NCBI GenBank assembly: GCA_030141605.1
Contig: JAQGDQ010001238.1
Coordinates: 1 to 53,087 of the forward strand
DNA: 53,087 nt
Reading direction: 5' to 3'
Source of the DNA: Tubiluchus corallicola
Taxonomy: Eukaryota; Animalia; Priapulida
This document shows positions 13,493 to 26,900 of the stretch, piece by piece. Within the stretch, counting starts at the first letter, position 1. Each line of letters starts with the position of its first letter. The translations under genes were made by a program, and so were the position numbers. The notes below the pieces were generated by a model that was given only the letters and a program-made list of their open reading frames with translations, made no database searches and was not told the origin of the DNA.

Positions 13493-16400
13493 CCTACTAC
13501 AACGTTAACAGTCAAAACAAACTTGTCAGTAACTGTTTTCTATTTCAGTTTTATTCTAGCTAGTCAGGCCTTTTTAATACAAGAAATTAATAACGCTACT
13601 CAAAGAACAGAGGTTTGGAAATGTGTGAAGAAAGTAGTGATTACAGGTCACGTGCGACTCGCATTATTTTGTGCATAATTTGACGATCTGGGCCCTAACT
13701 ACATGCGCTAAGTCGCGTAAATCCGAAACAGTACGATGATGTTTTGACTATAATACCGCCACATAAATAGAGCTGTAACACAACAATATTTCTGTAAAAT
13801 GCAAACATGAGGTGAGATATAATCTCTGCGTGGATTTTTTTCCCGTGTTTAACCCTGTGCTTTGTTTGCGCAGACTGTAGACAGACGTTGTTATGTGCGT
13901 GGCTGTGTAAACAACGTCTGTAAATATTCCCCGGCTCGAAACGACCCAGAAACTAACACTTCCACATTCTGCGTCACTACGCCTCGGTAGGCTGGCATTC
14001 AAGGCATGGCTAATAATGCCCACGACCCAGCTAACATCCGCCTGCAACCCCGCCATCTGCCGCCAACACGCATTCAACAAAGATCAATTTTTGTAAAAAT
14101 TACTTGTAACGCCAACAGCTCCGTGCAGATCCGCCCCAACAGCTCCGTGCAGATCCGCCCCACAGGGAATAATTTAAAATTGGTAGTTAATAAATGGGCA
14201 GAACTGGACCGACGGATACCGATCCGGGGATATTCGGTCTAGTGCCGGTAAAGCGACGCTAAAGAAACTCGTCAAAACAGAACTATTACACGTGTCAATA
14301 TAAACTCTTCTGCACAAGAGAATATAAACATCCCCTTATTAGAAAGATACAATAATTTTCCGGCGTTATAATCTTTAGCATTTAGAGTTTAGCAAACAAG
14401 GGTGTTAGCTTGTCTAGTTATATAGCCTCATTCAAAGCTGTATACCAACTGACCGAAGCTAACACAATTTATTAGGCTAATCCAGGTTGAAAAATTACCA
14501 CAGCTCTGATCATTGCAATTATTGGCCTATTAATTATTAGCGTTAGAGAGCGGACAGCATCCTACGCAAGGACTTTGTAAGATAGAGCAAAGAGAGCACT
14601 TGAACTTTGAACTTCTTTTTCATTTGTGTTTAAACTTTTAAGTATTTTCAATGATGTTTAATGTATAGCAATGAATTTTAAAGTTGCAGTTTTTTATTCC
14701 TTGATAAAAATATGATTTTATAACTGATAAAAGATGATAATCATATCACTTTTTAATACGACTATCAATTGATAAAAATCATGATCACAGAAAATATCGA
14801 AAGACATTTTTAGCATGTAATTATGACATTTTTCGCATACAGGCTCAGATGCATCGTAAGGTTAAATCAGACATAAAAGCAAGCCGAATGCTTCTTGCTA
14901 GCACAACGAGACCTTATCACAAGAATAACTCCTGTTGCAATCAAGTAATGAAATGTAACATTATCGTTCAATGGCAAAGCCGACGCGACAAAAATACACA
15001 CGTCTGTCTGTCAGTGCAATCGCGAATGATATACAGCACGTGTAAGAAGAAATTCATTAAGCCAATGCATCCAGGTTAAAATTAGAAACAAGTCATATAC
15101 GCAGGAAACCATTCTCTGTGCCCAAAGGTAGCAACAGCATTAAGATACCTTTCGTGCATCAGCCACAGAGAACGAAAAGGATCTGCCCCGCGAGAAAGAG
15201 TTGAATGACAAAAATAAGCCGTGTCCTTGGCAAAACGAGCTTAGCCTAGCATCAACAAGAGAGTTATTCAAGCCTGCAAAGAGTTGCGCTACTGGCTAGA
15301 CTGTATGATTGGCGTCTGATTAACTCTTTCATGAATGTCATGTAGAGCTTGGTGCGCGTGCACCGTCTAATTAATTCTCTACCATAGATTTAAATCCCAC
15401 GCATGCGCGAACACAGATTCATAGCCTACAAAGGTGTGGAACAATGCCTTCCAAAAGTGTGTCGTTCAGTGCTGGACAATCAATTAGTAGCACCAATCAT
15501 CGAGTTCTGCGCTCAACGAACGATGATTACACCAAATTCTATCAACTCTCCCACCTGTTTTTAACCAACTATGGCTTACAGATAAGTTGACTTAGCTCCT
15601 TACGTGTATATTACATCATTCCGTGGCAGCAGATACGGGTAAATCCGCCCGGATCCTACTGACAAACCGTATATATTAACTGCTAATAATACTCCCGTGC
15701 ATAATAACAAATTTACAAGCCAACATAACATATGTATGCGACAGTGTTTTGGTGCGGAATATGATTCCTTCGTAACATAGGATTAACTCCACCAATTTCT
15801 ACCAAAGGGCAAAAGAAAACAATAGTGACAATCTCTGGAACATACTCGGTTTCCAATTCCTTGTAGTTTCTCCACGTCCTTGTGTAAAACAGCCAGACAG
15901 ACGGCAAACATGCCTGTTTCTTGCAATATAGATACGTGGATATTAGCAGCAATTAATCACTCCATTGTCTGGCCACAAGGCGATAAACATCTGTGGTTGT
16001 TCCATATATTATTCAGCGATTTTATTTATTTACACGTCTGCCGGGGAGCATCAGTAAATGTACGCATATATAATTGGAGCAAGTATTCACGTACGTACTA
16101 AAATTAAAGTAGTACTTAGTTAAGTACCATTCAATTATTTCCTGTATTTCAGTAAAAATCTGCTCGCATTATCCCATATAGAAACCACAAGATGAGACAG
16201 TTTAGTTAGGCCTTGCCATACTATAAATTATATATATTTGGTCATATCAAACTGATTACATTAATAAATTCTGTTAGATTGGGTATTGGTAAATAAACTA
16301 GCTAAAACGCCACAAGTTCCTTGACTGGTTCTAGTTTTTTCTTATGTATCCTACAAAGGCTTGTACTGCGTTGCTAATTCAGACAGACAACCCTATAGTT

Positions 16401-17496
16401 CTAAGAACAAATTAAATCATACAGTAGCAGCCTACCAGGCACAACTAATAACTGAATATAGTTAGCGTCAATATCTGACGGAAACACTCAATAAAAGTAA
16501 ACATATCAAATCGAGGCTAAAATACGAATAATTGTAAATCTCTGAAACTAAACAGAGCGAAAATGCCACACCGAGTTATAATTTCAGAGCACAGTTCGCG
16601 CATGCGCAGTCATAGTACTACGCATTAAAGCAACGATTCACCCCATACAATGCCAACGTCTATCAGGCCACAAAAATACACATTAACGAATAAAGAATAG
16701 TGCTACCAAAGGGATTATAACGCGATTATTACAATATGGAAGTCGTCGGCAAGCTGTGGCGCACATTAAACACGTGAGAGAAAATTTAATTTCAGCATGA
16801 AGTTACAGCAGACCTTGTTGCAAACTCGTTAAAGTTTTATGACAGAAGGCATCATCAGTTTGCCAGTGAAAGAAAACCGTTCAAAGTTCCAAAGAGAACA
16901 TTCGCAGTCATGCGCCACACAAGTCCGCAAAGAGCAGAGTCTATAGCGAAACAACATCTGCAATCTTGCGTGGATAAATATTTCCAATAAACTTCAGTTA
17001 ATATATATTAGAAACCAAACTGAAAAATATTTAGCATACTCAATCCGTAGATGTAGAACAGCTGCTTGTGAATCTTGTTCTTTCCCTCGGGTTTCTAAAC
17101 TCTAGCATTCTCCAGCAAGAAATTGTTTCCCTTAAAACTACAACTGCATCCTGTTCAAGAACCACAAAAGATACTCCTCTACCACTACAACAAATTAGTT
17201 AACGAATTGTACATCTGTGGATACTCATACTTTGATATTGCTAGTTCCATTTGTTAACCTCGTATCATAAGTAGCCATTGGCCTTGCTTGTGAGCAATTT
17301 CACAGGTCTTTCTACGGCAGTTTCTTGCTTATTATTATGGTACGTGTGTGGTGATTTGAATATAAAAATACTACTCAATACACATGTTTATTTTAAGTTA
17401 CTAAAAATTAGTTCATCACAACTAATTATAAAGCCTTTCACTAGCAGTTTATCGTGTTTTATATGAACTCTATATACAACTGCGAGTTATTACCCA

Positions 17497-18530
17497 ACAC
17501 TTAAATTATGTAGATCAGAACTTACGTACTCTGCTCACACTGCACACTTAAATTATGTAGATCAGAATTTACGTACTCTGCTCACACAGCACAGTTAAAT
17601 TATGTAGATCAGAATTTACGTACTCTGCTCACACTGCACACGTAAATTATGTAGATCAGAACTTTAGAACTCTGCTCACACTGCACACTTAAATTATGTA
17701 CATCAGAACTTTAGTACTCTGTTCACACTGCACACTTAAATTATGTAGATCAGAACTTTAGTACTCTGCTCACACTGCACACTTAAATTATGTAGATCAG
17801 AACTTTAGTACTCTGCTCACACTGCACACTTAAATTATGTAGATCAGAACTTACGTACTCTGCTCACACTGCACACTTAAATTATGTAGATCAGAACTTA
17901 CGTACTCTGCTCACACTGCACACTTAAATTATGTAGATCAGAACTTTAGTACTCTGCTCACACTGCACACTTAAATTATGTAGATCAGAACTCACGTTCT
18001 CCGCTCACACTGCACACTTAAATTATGTAGATCAGAACTTTAGTACTCTGCTCACACTGCACACTTAAATTATGTAGATCAGAACTCACGTTCTCTGCTC
18101 ACACTGCACACTTAAATTATGTAGATCAGAACTTACGTACTCTGCTCACACTGCACACTTAAATTATGTAGATCAGAACTTACGTACTCTGCTCACACTG
18201 CACACTTAAATTATGTAGATCAGAACTTACGTACTCTGCTCACACTGCACACTTAAATTATGTAGATCAGAACTCACGTTCTCCGCTCACACTGCACACT
18301 TAAATTATGTAGATCAGAACTTTAGTACTCTGCTCACACTGCACACTTAAATTATGTAGATCAGAACTCACGTTCTCTGCTCACACTGCACACTTAAATT
18401 ATGTAGATCAGAACTTACGTACTCTGCTCACACTGCACACTTAAATTATGTAGATCAGAACTCACGTTCTCCGCTCACACTGCACACTTAAATTATGTAG
18501 ATCAGAACTTACGTTCTCTGCTCACACTGC
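17497..18530. repeat. 47-bp minisatellite, about 22 copies
   Basis: Unit ACTTAAATTATGTAGATCAGAACTTACGTACTCTGCTCACACTGCAC. Confidence 0.95.
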
Positions 18531-18735
18531 TATTTGTAACCATTCATAACTTTTTGTAGCAACGTTACAGAAATCTTATGCTCAGAATTAAGATTTGTGG
18601 CTCAGAATTTGATATTTCTACATACTGATATTTTAAATAAGTATTATAACAACATTCTTGTAGATATTAAAAGCAAATTAGTATCTTAAAAGAAATGACT
18701 GATTTGGTTTGCATGAAAATATACTATATATATAC

Positions 18736-18783
<48 letters not shown>

Positions 18784-20783
18784 TATATATAGAATGTGAT
18801 CTGCTTGAGTCACATGATGTCGATTGCATTATAAGTGCAGAAATTTTAATGTGACATATAATGTTTGTAAATATGTGTATCTTCTTTGAGCACTTTAGTT
18901 TTACCATTTATTTTTTTCTAGTTGCACTGTACACATTTGTCTTAAATAGTATTGTTATTTTTAACATAATGTTGAGGCTTACTCAATTTTATTGTAATGA
19001 GTGAACCATTTTAAAGACGAATAAAGATTTAATATATAAATATAAATAATATATATATAATCTATAGTTGCCTTTAATGAAATTAATGAAATATGTGATA
19101 ATTAGTACCGAATATTTATAGACGTGTTCTCTAAATATATTTTTGTTTTTTTATTGACTGTACATATCTTTATTGTAAATATTTTTTTGTACTGAGTTTT
19201 TAATTTTATATGTGGATGTAATTCTTGAATTAATGTGCGAATAAAGACGATATATGTTAATGTTTACAAGAAAATCAGAACTAGCTCACCGGGTGATCAC
19301 ATGAGATAAGATGACTAACTGGCACAGGGCATATATTCCCAAAACTAAGAAACTAGGTGAAAAACTGCAAGTATCTTAGCCACATCTGACCCGTGTACAA
19401 CTCCCTCAATGGAGAAATAGCTGGTGTGGTACACCAGTATAACCCAAAATCGGATTTTATGGTTGTCACTACCCGATTTAGTGGCCAGAAGGCCTACATC
19501 CAGCCATGTTTAACTTCGAACCTGAGGCTGAGGCCAAAGACAAATACAGCATGTGCAAGAAAATAACAAAATACTTCAACTTACAAATTAAAACCTCTTG
19601 AAAGTATCAAGAGTATCTAATCATATTTACATGACTGATTGCCTTAATTCATAAAACAAGACTGTTGGCAAACTCATTAAATAGTTTACATGTATATATG
19701 AATTTGGACCACTATGTTGCTAGTATGGTAGTCAGTGATGACAGAAACTGTTTAGTCAAAATTTATACTATAACATAGTATACAAATTTAACGTATGGTA
19801 TATCATTTAAGTCAATACTGGCGATATATCAGCAGTCTCATACGATAAATGCATATGCACTTTCTAAAATCATATTAGTAGTAAAATAGCTACAAATTGC
19901 AATAGAACAAAGCCATTATCCATGTTGCGATTTGGTTAGTAAATTATATTTTTTTCAGTTGGTGTACTATGGATCAATGTTTGTTAAATTTATCACTAGA
20001 ATTTTGAAAAAAACATTTATGTAACTTCCTACCTTAATGTGAAAGTTCTAATTACATCTTGTACCTAAATCTCAAGTGCAAATGCTCTCAGACTTATCCG
20101 TTTTTCATCCTAATCCTCAACTTTGTACTGATTCCATCTGTTTCAATGCACACACGATTACACGTTGTACAGCTAAAATGTACTTTTTAAACTGTTTACC
20201 ACCTTCAAAGTTTTATCACAATTTTTAGAACAATATGAGAAGAAATGTGACAAAAATACGAATCTAATCTGTTTGGGAGGATAACTGAATGACCTAAAAA
20301 ATTTTTACTGCATGAAAACAGACTTGATCTTTTCTTTCAATTAAAATTTGGCTCTAAAATTCATTAGTAATTAATAAGGTTTACCTCACGAAATAATTTT
20401 GAAATTAATAACAGAAGAAATAATCAGTTTGATCACTCTTGTTTATACATTGTGGCAACTCAGACCACTAATATGAAATAGTTGCATCACTTACCAAGTA
20501 TTTGAAGACACTTTACAGCTTACTTCAATCGCCGAGATCCTTAACTTCAATGTCTCAATAATTAATTATAATTACATTAACATATCACATTAAATTATTC
20601 ATTCACTTTAGATAGCGCCTCGTCAAAAATATTACAGACTACAATAATCAAGTTCATCTTTTTTCTCCAAAGTCTAAACCCAGTATACATTACAGACTCG
20701 TCGACTTAATAAATGTTAATTCTGATGCTAATAGTAAATTACCAATTAAAACTGAAAACAAAACTAGTAATAGAACAACTCAC

Positions 20784-20841
20784 CTGTACCATAAACTGTC
20801 AACAAGCATAATAGAAGAATGCCTCCATGTATGACCTTCAT
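20784..20841 (-). CDS. Probable first coding exon (signal peptide) of an unidentified secreted or membrane protein gene
   Basis: MKVIHGGILLLCLLTVYGT plus 1 nt, ending at a perfect CAG|GTGAGT phase-1 donor; GC box and YY1-like motifs upstream; downstream exons not identified. Confidence 0.6.
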
Positions 20842-20857
20842 ACCGCAAGGTTTCCCT

Positions 20858-20980
20858 CTAAACTTCGTAATCTTTTAACTCTTTCTCCACAGCGTAGCAC
20901 ATCAGTCCGCCATTAAAACATTCAGCTGTTCAACATGGCTGCCTCCATTTTTTAGTTTTTCGCTGAAGCTCCGCCCTGTC
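20858..20980 (-). promoter_or_regulatory. Putative promoter/5'UTR with four tandem uORFs
   Basis: uORFs 20948-20922, 20921-20913, 20913-20902, 20902-20858; CTCCGCCC GC box near 20969-20976; AAAATGGAGGC and ATGGCGG YY1-like motifs. Confidence 0.5.
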
Positions 20981-21470
20981 TGCTATCAAAATCAATGAAA
21001 TATAAAATGTCTCGTCTGTTTCATCGAAGATTTGAGCTTGCTAGTGTTCATATGCAGTCCCGTAACTTTAGTCAAACGCTGAGAAACGAAAATAATCCAC
21101 GATTAGTTTCCGTTCACAGAAAGAATGAAATTATCAACTGCCCCCACTCCTCGCTAGAAATTGTGTGTCAGATTTTCGCATGTGTTTGTAGACAAGTCTG
21201 TGTGTGGACTGCACGATTATTTCTTTCGGGGGGCGCCGTGCGTAAGTAGGGCATATCAGTTTGTGGGCACTGATCACACTTTGTAAGAAATTTTGGTAAA
21301 TGCGGGACAGGACTTTGACCTAGGAGTGCACAGCCCACATATTTGCTAGAAACGAGCTTGCAAAATGCAGCAGTATAGGATGTTGCCGATTTAGCAAATT
21401 GTTCTTTTCAGTATCGACCAAAGTATACAACCGACAGCACTTTTTTATATCGACCAGTCTAGACAGTCTT

Positions 21471-21482
21471 GGTCACGTGACC
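21471..21482. promoter_or_regulatory. Palindromic E-box/CLEAR-like motif GGTCACGTGACC
   Basis: 12-bp perfect palindrome beside a GC-rich patch between the two divergent genes. Confidence 0.35.
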
Positions 21483-21896
21483 TGTAATTACAACAGGCGG
21501 CCCGGCGCCCCAACAGATTGAACGCAACTAGCTGAACGGTGAGCAGTACTGAGCAGCAGAAGGCGGCGCGTTTTCTATTATTAGTTACGAGGCAAGGGTT
21601 TAATTTGCCACACTCAGTCTGCTCGCCTCAGACGCTTGCAGTTACTACTAGGGGTTCTACTGTCAAATGTTCGCGCGTAAGATTATAGTAATGATAATAA
21701 TAATACTTACGCACAAAATTTTAATAATGATCTCAGCGACAAATTTTGCTGAACTTTAGTCGTCATCCAGTAACTGAATTATTCGCGCCTAATAAGCAGT
21801 AATTCTTGAATTGCAGTAATAAGTTACTAGTGGCAAGAGTAGCAGTTGTAGTCGCAGTAGAGTTGGTGGTGTTGATTGTAGAAGTAGTGGTGTACT

Positions 21897-21901
21897 GGTA
21901 A

Positions 21902-21939
<38 letters not shown>

Positions 21940-22230
21940 ATAGTAGTAGTCAGGGCCTATTTCAGCCTAAGCGAGGCCAGGGAAGTGGGGTGTGTGAGAC
22001 CACCTCGGGGGGGGGGGGGGGTATCGCCACCATGGTTGGCGCCCAGAAAATTTTGGAACTGCTAGAACGCCGGAGAAGCATTTTCGAAGAGAAAATGTGG
22101 AGTTATACAGTTGTTAAAGGAAAGAACAATTGAATGTTCGCACAAAGCAAAAAAATGTTACCACGGACCACACCCCTGGAGGGTGAGGCCCCGGGAAAGT
22201 ATCCCCATTCCCCCCCTGAAATAGGCCCTG

Positions 22231-22324
<94 letters not shown>

Positions 22325-22355
22325 CAACAGCACAGGCAGCAGCAGCAGCAAGAAC

Positions 22356-22390
<35 letters not shown>

Positions 22391-22399
22391 CCTGAGTAA

Positions 22400-22479
<80 letters not shown>

Positions 22480-22620
22480 TCAGTAGTAGTAGTAGTAGTA
22501 GTAGTAGTAGCAGCAGCAGCAGCAGTAGTAGTGGCAGTGGCAGTGGTAGTGGTTGTAGTAATGGTAGTAGTAGCAGCAGCAACAGTAGCAGTAGTATTCC
22601 GCCTATAGCAGCAGCAGTAG
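21897..22620. repeat. (AGT)n/(AGC)n microsatellite interrupted by a MITE
   Basis: Direct reading; source of the poly-Ser/poly-Leu ORFs. Confidence 0.92.
21951..22230. mobile_element. 280-bp MITE (hAT-like)
   Basis: Perfect 15-bp TIR CAGGGCCTATTTCAG / CTGAAATAGGCCCTG; flanked by GTAGTAGT on both sides. Confidence 0.75.
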
Positions 22621-23878
22621 AAGATAAAGTAGTATTTTCTATTTTTGTATCATTATCAAATGTATTGTAAAGAAAACCTTAGCATCAATGTTATGATTAT
22701 GCGACCCTGTTCAGCTATAAACATATAGTTATATGAATGATAACTACTGAAATCGTCAGCAGTTTGATAGATGCCTCTATACCAAACAGTGCTTGAATTT
22801 TAAATTTTAACAAAGTACAATTTACAGTGGGGAATCCGGGAAGCAAAGTTGCCCTTGCAACCCAGCTAGGGTGTCCGGGGGAATGCTTTAAGTTTCCCAG
22901 CGGGGTATTTAATCAGGTTTGCACAAAAAACGCCAGGCAAGTGGGGCAACGGTTAATTACGTAATTTCCTGATAAGGTTGCTTTCCCGCGACTTTGATCT
23001 CGCTCTAAGCTGTCACATGGTATTTATATAATTGTGTTAATTGTGCTGTTTGTGTTTTTTTCTTAGTGCATTTTCGTGCTGCACAGCATCGTGTAATTGT
23101 GTTAAAAATTACAAAACTCAAAAAATTGACTTTATGACTTGCACTTTCATGCTATGTTCTTCTTTCTTTCTTTTTTTACTTTTTGCATGAAGATAGTCGA
23201 GGCTCTTACAATGGCATGTTGGTCAAAACCTACTTTCTTCCAAGTTTTTATTATAATTTTTTGCTGATCGTTATTCATTTAATTGTAATTGAGTAAGGAC
23301 GTGATCTAAAACATTAGTTTTTTAAATTACGACTGTCAGTATGCATACTATGCAACACGCACAAGCATTCAGATAAAGCAAATTCAGAGTGAATTTTTGG
23401 CTTTCAAAATAGAATCAAACTGAATTTCAGAATTTTGGTTCTGAATCGGATTCAGTTTTTAAAGTTTTAGAAGGAGTTTCAGAATCATTAATAAAAACCA
23501 GTCTCACAAAGATCATGCATGTTACTTGATATTGTTTTGCAGTAAAGGTATCAATAATTTGTTTAAAATTGTGGACAGAAATTGTGGTTAACTTGTGTTG
23601 ATTGCTTTATTTGCAGGCTACTTCAAAGTTCAAGCGTTTCAAAAATAAAAAAATCTTTATTCATAATTTTAGGTTAAAAACTCTTTCAAATCGAATTAGA
23701 GTGTTCGTACTCGAACGTTCGCTGCTCACCCCTACTACGCACTATTCAAGTATTCAGTATTCGGGGAGCCAGGAACCTTTGATTGCAGTCGCGCGTCGTG
23801 GTTAGTTGTGTTGCTTCATCGACAAATTTGGATTATTTGAAAAAGAAGAAACTTCCCAAGATGCTATGCTACTTCAAC

Positions 23879-24025
23879 ATGGCTTCAGTTAGGTTACGAA
23901 GTTTATGCGGCTTCTGCATAATTTCTTGTTTATTAAATTATTGCAATTCCTTTTTAGACGTCGACGAAATAAAATCTGTACAGTACTCAATAGAAGTACT
24001 TAGCGTGCCTATTTTATTGAACCAG
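23879..24025 (+). CDS. OS9: Protein OS-9 exon 1 (signal peptide and N-terminus)
   Basis: MASVRLRSLCGFCIISCLLNYCNSFLDVDEIKSVQYSIEVLSVPILLNQ|gtaat resembles human LNLEELSEMRYGIEILPLPV; alternative in-frame ATG at 23861. Confidence 0.88.
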
Positions 24026-24886
24026 GTAATAATTAAATCGTTCATGCTGGGTAAACAGTTGACAAGTTTCGAGTGTGTAATAATGACGTGTACAAAATTA
24101 CATGTATAATCTCTAAACTAAGCTTATTTACATGTGCAAGTGGTGAACCGAATAGTTGCATTTGAAATTAAATTAAATAGGAAAAAAATATTCGAAGTTA
24201 AAGTGACATCAGTATTAAGAATAAAGCTGTGTATGACTTCATTGCTTGAATTTAAATCTCGCTGACAAAGGCTAATTAAGTATTATTATTACTACGTAAA
24301 ATGACTTTAAAATGATTACAGCCATTTTCGGCACATATTCTGGATGCTATGGTGCCCCTAACTGATAGTATTTTGATTATGGGTTCTATTTTATAGTTTA
24401 TTATCCAGTTTGAACTTGTTATTCTTCTCATTTGCCTTCTCTCTGTTATCTACGCATTTGAAACTTGAATTGATTAGGATATCCATTAACACAACTTTAG
24501 ATTTTTCGTGACAAATTTGACTAAACCTGCATGTTACAGATCTTAGTTCTGAATTGCCTTATACGCGTAATAACTGGGTGAGTGTTTTATATCGTACTAA
24601 ATAGATTTTTGTATCGCTCGTTATAATGTGGTTTTAATATTGCAATATATGGCTATTTTTAGACTTATTTCTGGTCTAAATGTACTGGTTAGTTTGTGAG
24701 GTGTTTATCCATCTCGATGTTGAGGACACTATAAGTCTTAAGTAATCATAACATTTAGTGGACAAGAAATTTCAAAAAGTGGTTAAATAAAAATTCTTGT
24801 TTCATTAATTTCCTAGCAATGCTTAAAACAACAACAAAAAAGAACATTCTCATTTGAGATTTTATGAATGTATTACTATTTTTTGT

Positions 24887-25330
24887 AAGATAAGATAAGA
24901 TAGGATAATATTTATTTTCATCGGTATGATATAAACGGTACATATTTGTAAAACATGAGCTTAAAGCTCGCAAACCGATATCAAACATAATGTATATGAG
25001 CGATAACATGGTAATAATATGTACTTCTTAAAATCTTTTGGATGCCACCAGAGGCATTGGTACAAGAATAATTTAGAACTACATGAAGACAGTAAAATTT
25101 TGAGACAGTAAAATTTTAGGCAGTAACATTTTCTAAAATTTACACAAAAAGCTGTCTAGGTCAATAAAAATTTTTCCTGCCAACATTTCAGGATTTAATT
25201 ACGACTTAACAAAATTGGGAAGTTCGCGGAATTTACAAATGGCACATTTACATGATGCACCAGTCCATGAGTTAATTAGACGTTTAAATTCCCCAAGATT
25301 TTCGGCCATTCGGAGACAGTTTGGTAATTG
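24887..25330 (-). mobile_element. CR1/Crack-type LINE 3' remnant
   Basis: QLPNCLRMAENLGEFKRLINSWTGASCKCAICK is typical of a CR1-group ORF2 C-terminus; AATAAA then (ATCTT)n tail. Confidence 0.65.
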
Positions 25331-25391
25331 ATGTAGATGACTTGCTGCTGCTGGTGTCTGAGAATAATTGCATAACTCTAAACTATTGCAG

Positions 25392-25562
25392 GGTGATGAG
25401 GACAAGATATTACTATCCTCCAAGCATGGGCAACACTATCAGTGTCAGCTTCCCAACATGTTGGAGGAGAATGAGAAAGAAAAGGTTGAAGAAAAAAATG
25501 CTACTGAAATAGGGATTCCTGATTTACTGAAGCCAATGGGCGACGTGCCTTGCTTAGTGAAG
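25392..25562 (+). CDS. OS9: OS-9 exon 2
   Basis: cag|GDEDKILLSSKHGQHYQCQLP..IGIPDLLKPMGDVPCLVK|gtaagt; 171 nt, phase 0-0. Confidence 0.93.
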
Positions 25563-25599
25563 GTAAGTTGAATATTATGTGCGAAATGTATGCATACAC

Positions 25600-26009
25600 T
25601 TCTTCTTCTTCTTCCCAGCTTTTCCCTATGCGGGGTCGCTATTGTGAATGAGTCTTCTCCACGCATTCCTGTTGTTGACCATCTCTTCATTTATGTTCTT
25701 CTCTCTAAGGTCTCCATTAATACATTCAATCCACCTCCGCCTGGGTCGTCCTCTTCTTCTATTTCCCAGCACTTCCATTTCCGTGACCTCCCTTCTCTCA
25801 TGATCTTCACCGATTCTTCTTTTCATGTGTCCATACTATCGCAGTCTTGCGAGGCTTCCACTACTTTTACTGTTTCTCTGATATTATTATTTCTAATTCT
25901 ATCTCTTCTTGTTATTCCCACCATCCATCTCAACATCCTCATCTCCACCACACCCATTTTCTTCTCTTCGGTCTTCTTTAGAGGTGCTGCTTCCAGCCCA
26001 TAGATTAGA
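25600..26009 (-). mobile_element. RTE-type element (copy 3, 5'-truncated)
   Basis: Same family as 8740-9231; 19-bp TSD GCGAAATGTATGCATACAC at 25581-25599 and 26010-26028. Confidence 0.85.
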
Positions 26010-26579
26010 GCGAAATGTATGCATACACAAATGTAATAAACACGCAAATAGCTTATAATGTAGCTAATGATATATATAGTGCAACAGTTATGTTAAAAAG
26101 TAAGTGTCTTAATACGTGCATTGAGTCCTTAATTCTTTTATATTGTTAAGTATAGCAGATTCTTTAGTCGATTTTCGTTTTTAGTTTCTGAATATTTTCT
26201 TATGGCGGGCTTTGTTTGCATTGTAGATAACAACATTAATGTGTAGTTCACTAGTAGCTCACAGAGGAGCATGTGGACATAATTTTGTAAGCAACATGGA
26301 CAAGAATGTTTTTAATATGCAGTCACAGTTGCCTTGCTGCAGCCACTTCCTACACATGTCATGCTATTACCTAATGTAGACGACAACTCCACGGCTTCAG
26401 TAGTAGAATTGCCGTCCGAGTGTCATTATTACATTGTTTTTGTTCTAATATTTTCTCCGCAAAGAACAATCAGTAGGTTATATTTTTGACGTATTTGATG
26501 TGGAACTTTCGTCATTCTACGATGTTAAGGAAGCATTCTCTCGTGATTCTGTTCCCATTGAAAATATTACTTAATTAGT

Positions 26580-26900
26580 AGACCTAGACCTAGACATCGA
26601 CATAGACATAGACATAGACATAGACCTAGACCTAGACCTAGACCTAGACCTAGACATAGACATAGACATAGACATAGACATAGACATAGACATAGACATA
26701 GACATAGACATAGACATAGACATAGACATAGACATAGACATAGACATAGACATAGACCTAGACATAGACATAGACATAGACATAGAACATTTATTTTCTC
26801 CAATTAGTTTAACATCAAAAGTTTTTTAAATATTAAGTAATTATAATCATGGAGCATTGCAGGGAGGTACCATAGGGTCATCTAGTCTCCTGCCCTTTCT
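26580..26900 (-). mobile_element. CR1-like 3' end with long (TATGTC)n tail
   Basis: GGGCAGGAGACTAGATGACCCTATGGTACCTCCCTGC stem-loop; GGAGAAAATAAATG precedes the tail at 26580-26785. Confidence 0.55.

Noticed and set aside
17497-18530. CRISPR-like array (also 45057-47108 and 12031-12250)
   Set aside because: Head-to-tail units without unique spacers, no cas genes, eukaryotic context
19290-19345. Second exon of the minus-strand gene (VLGIYALCQLVILSHVIT); similar candidates at 17040-17151, 10400-10485 and 20496-20555
   Set aside because: No recognisable homology, and stops or missing donors in the required phase for most
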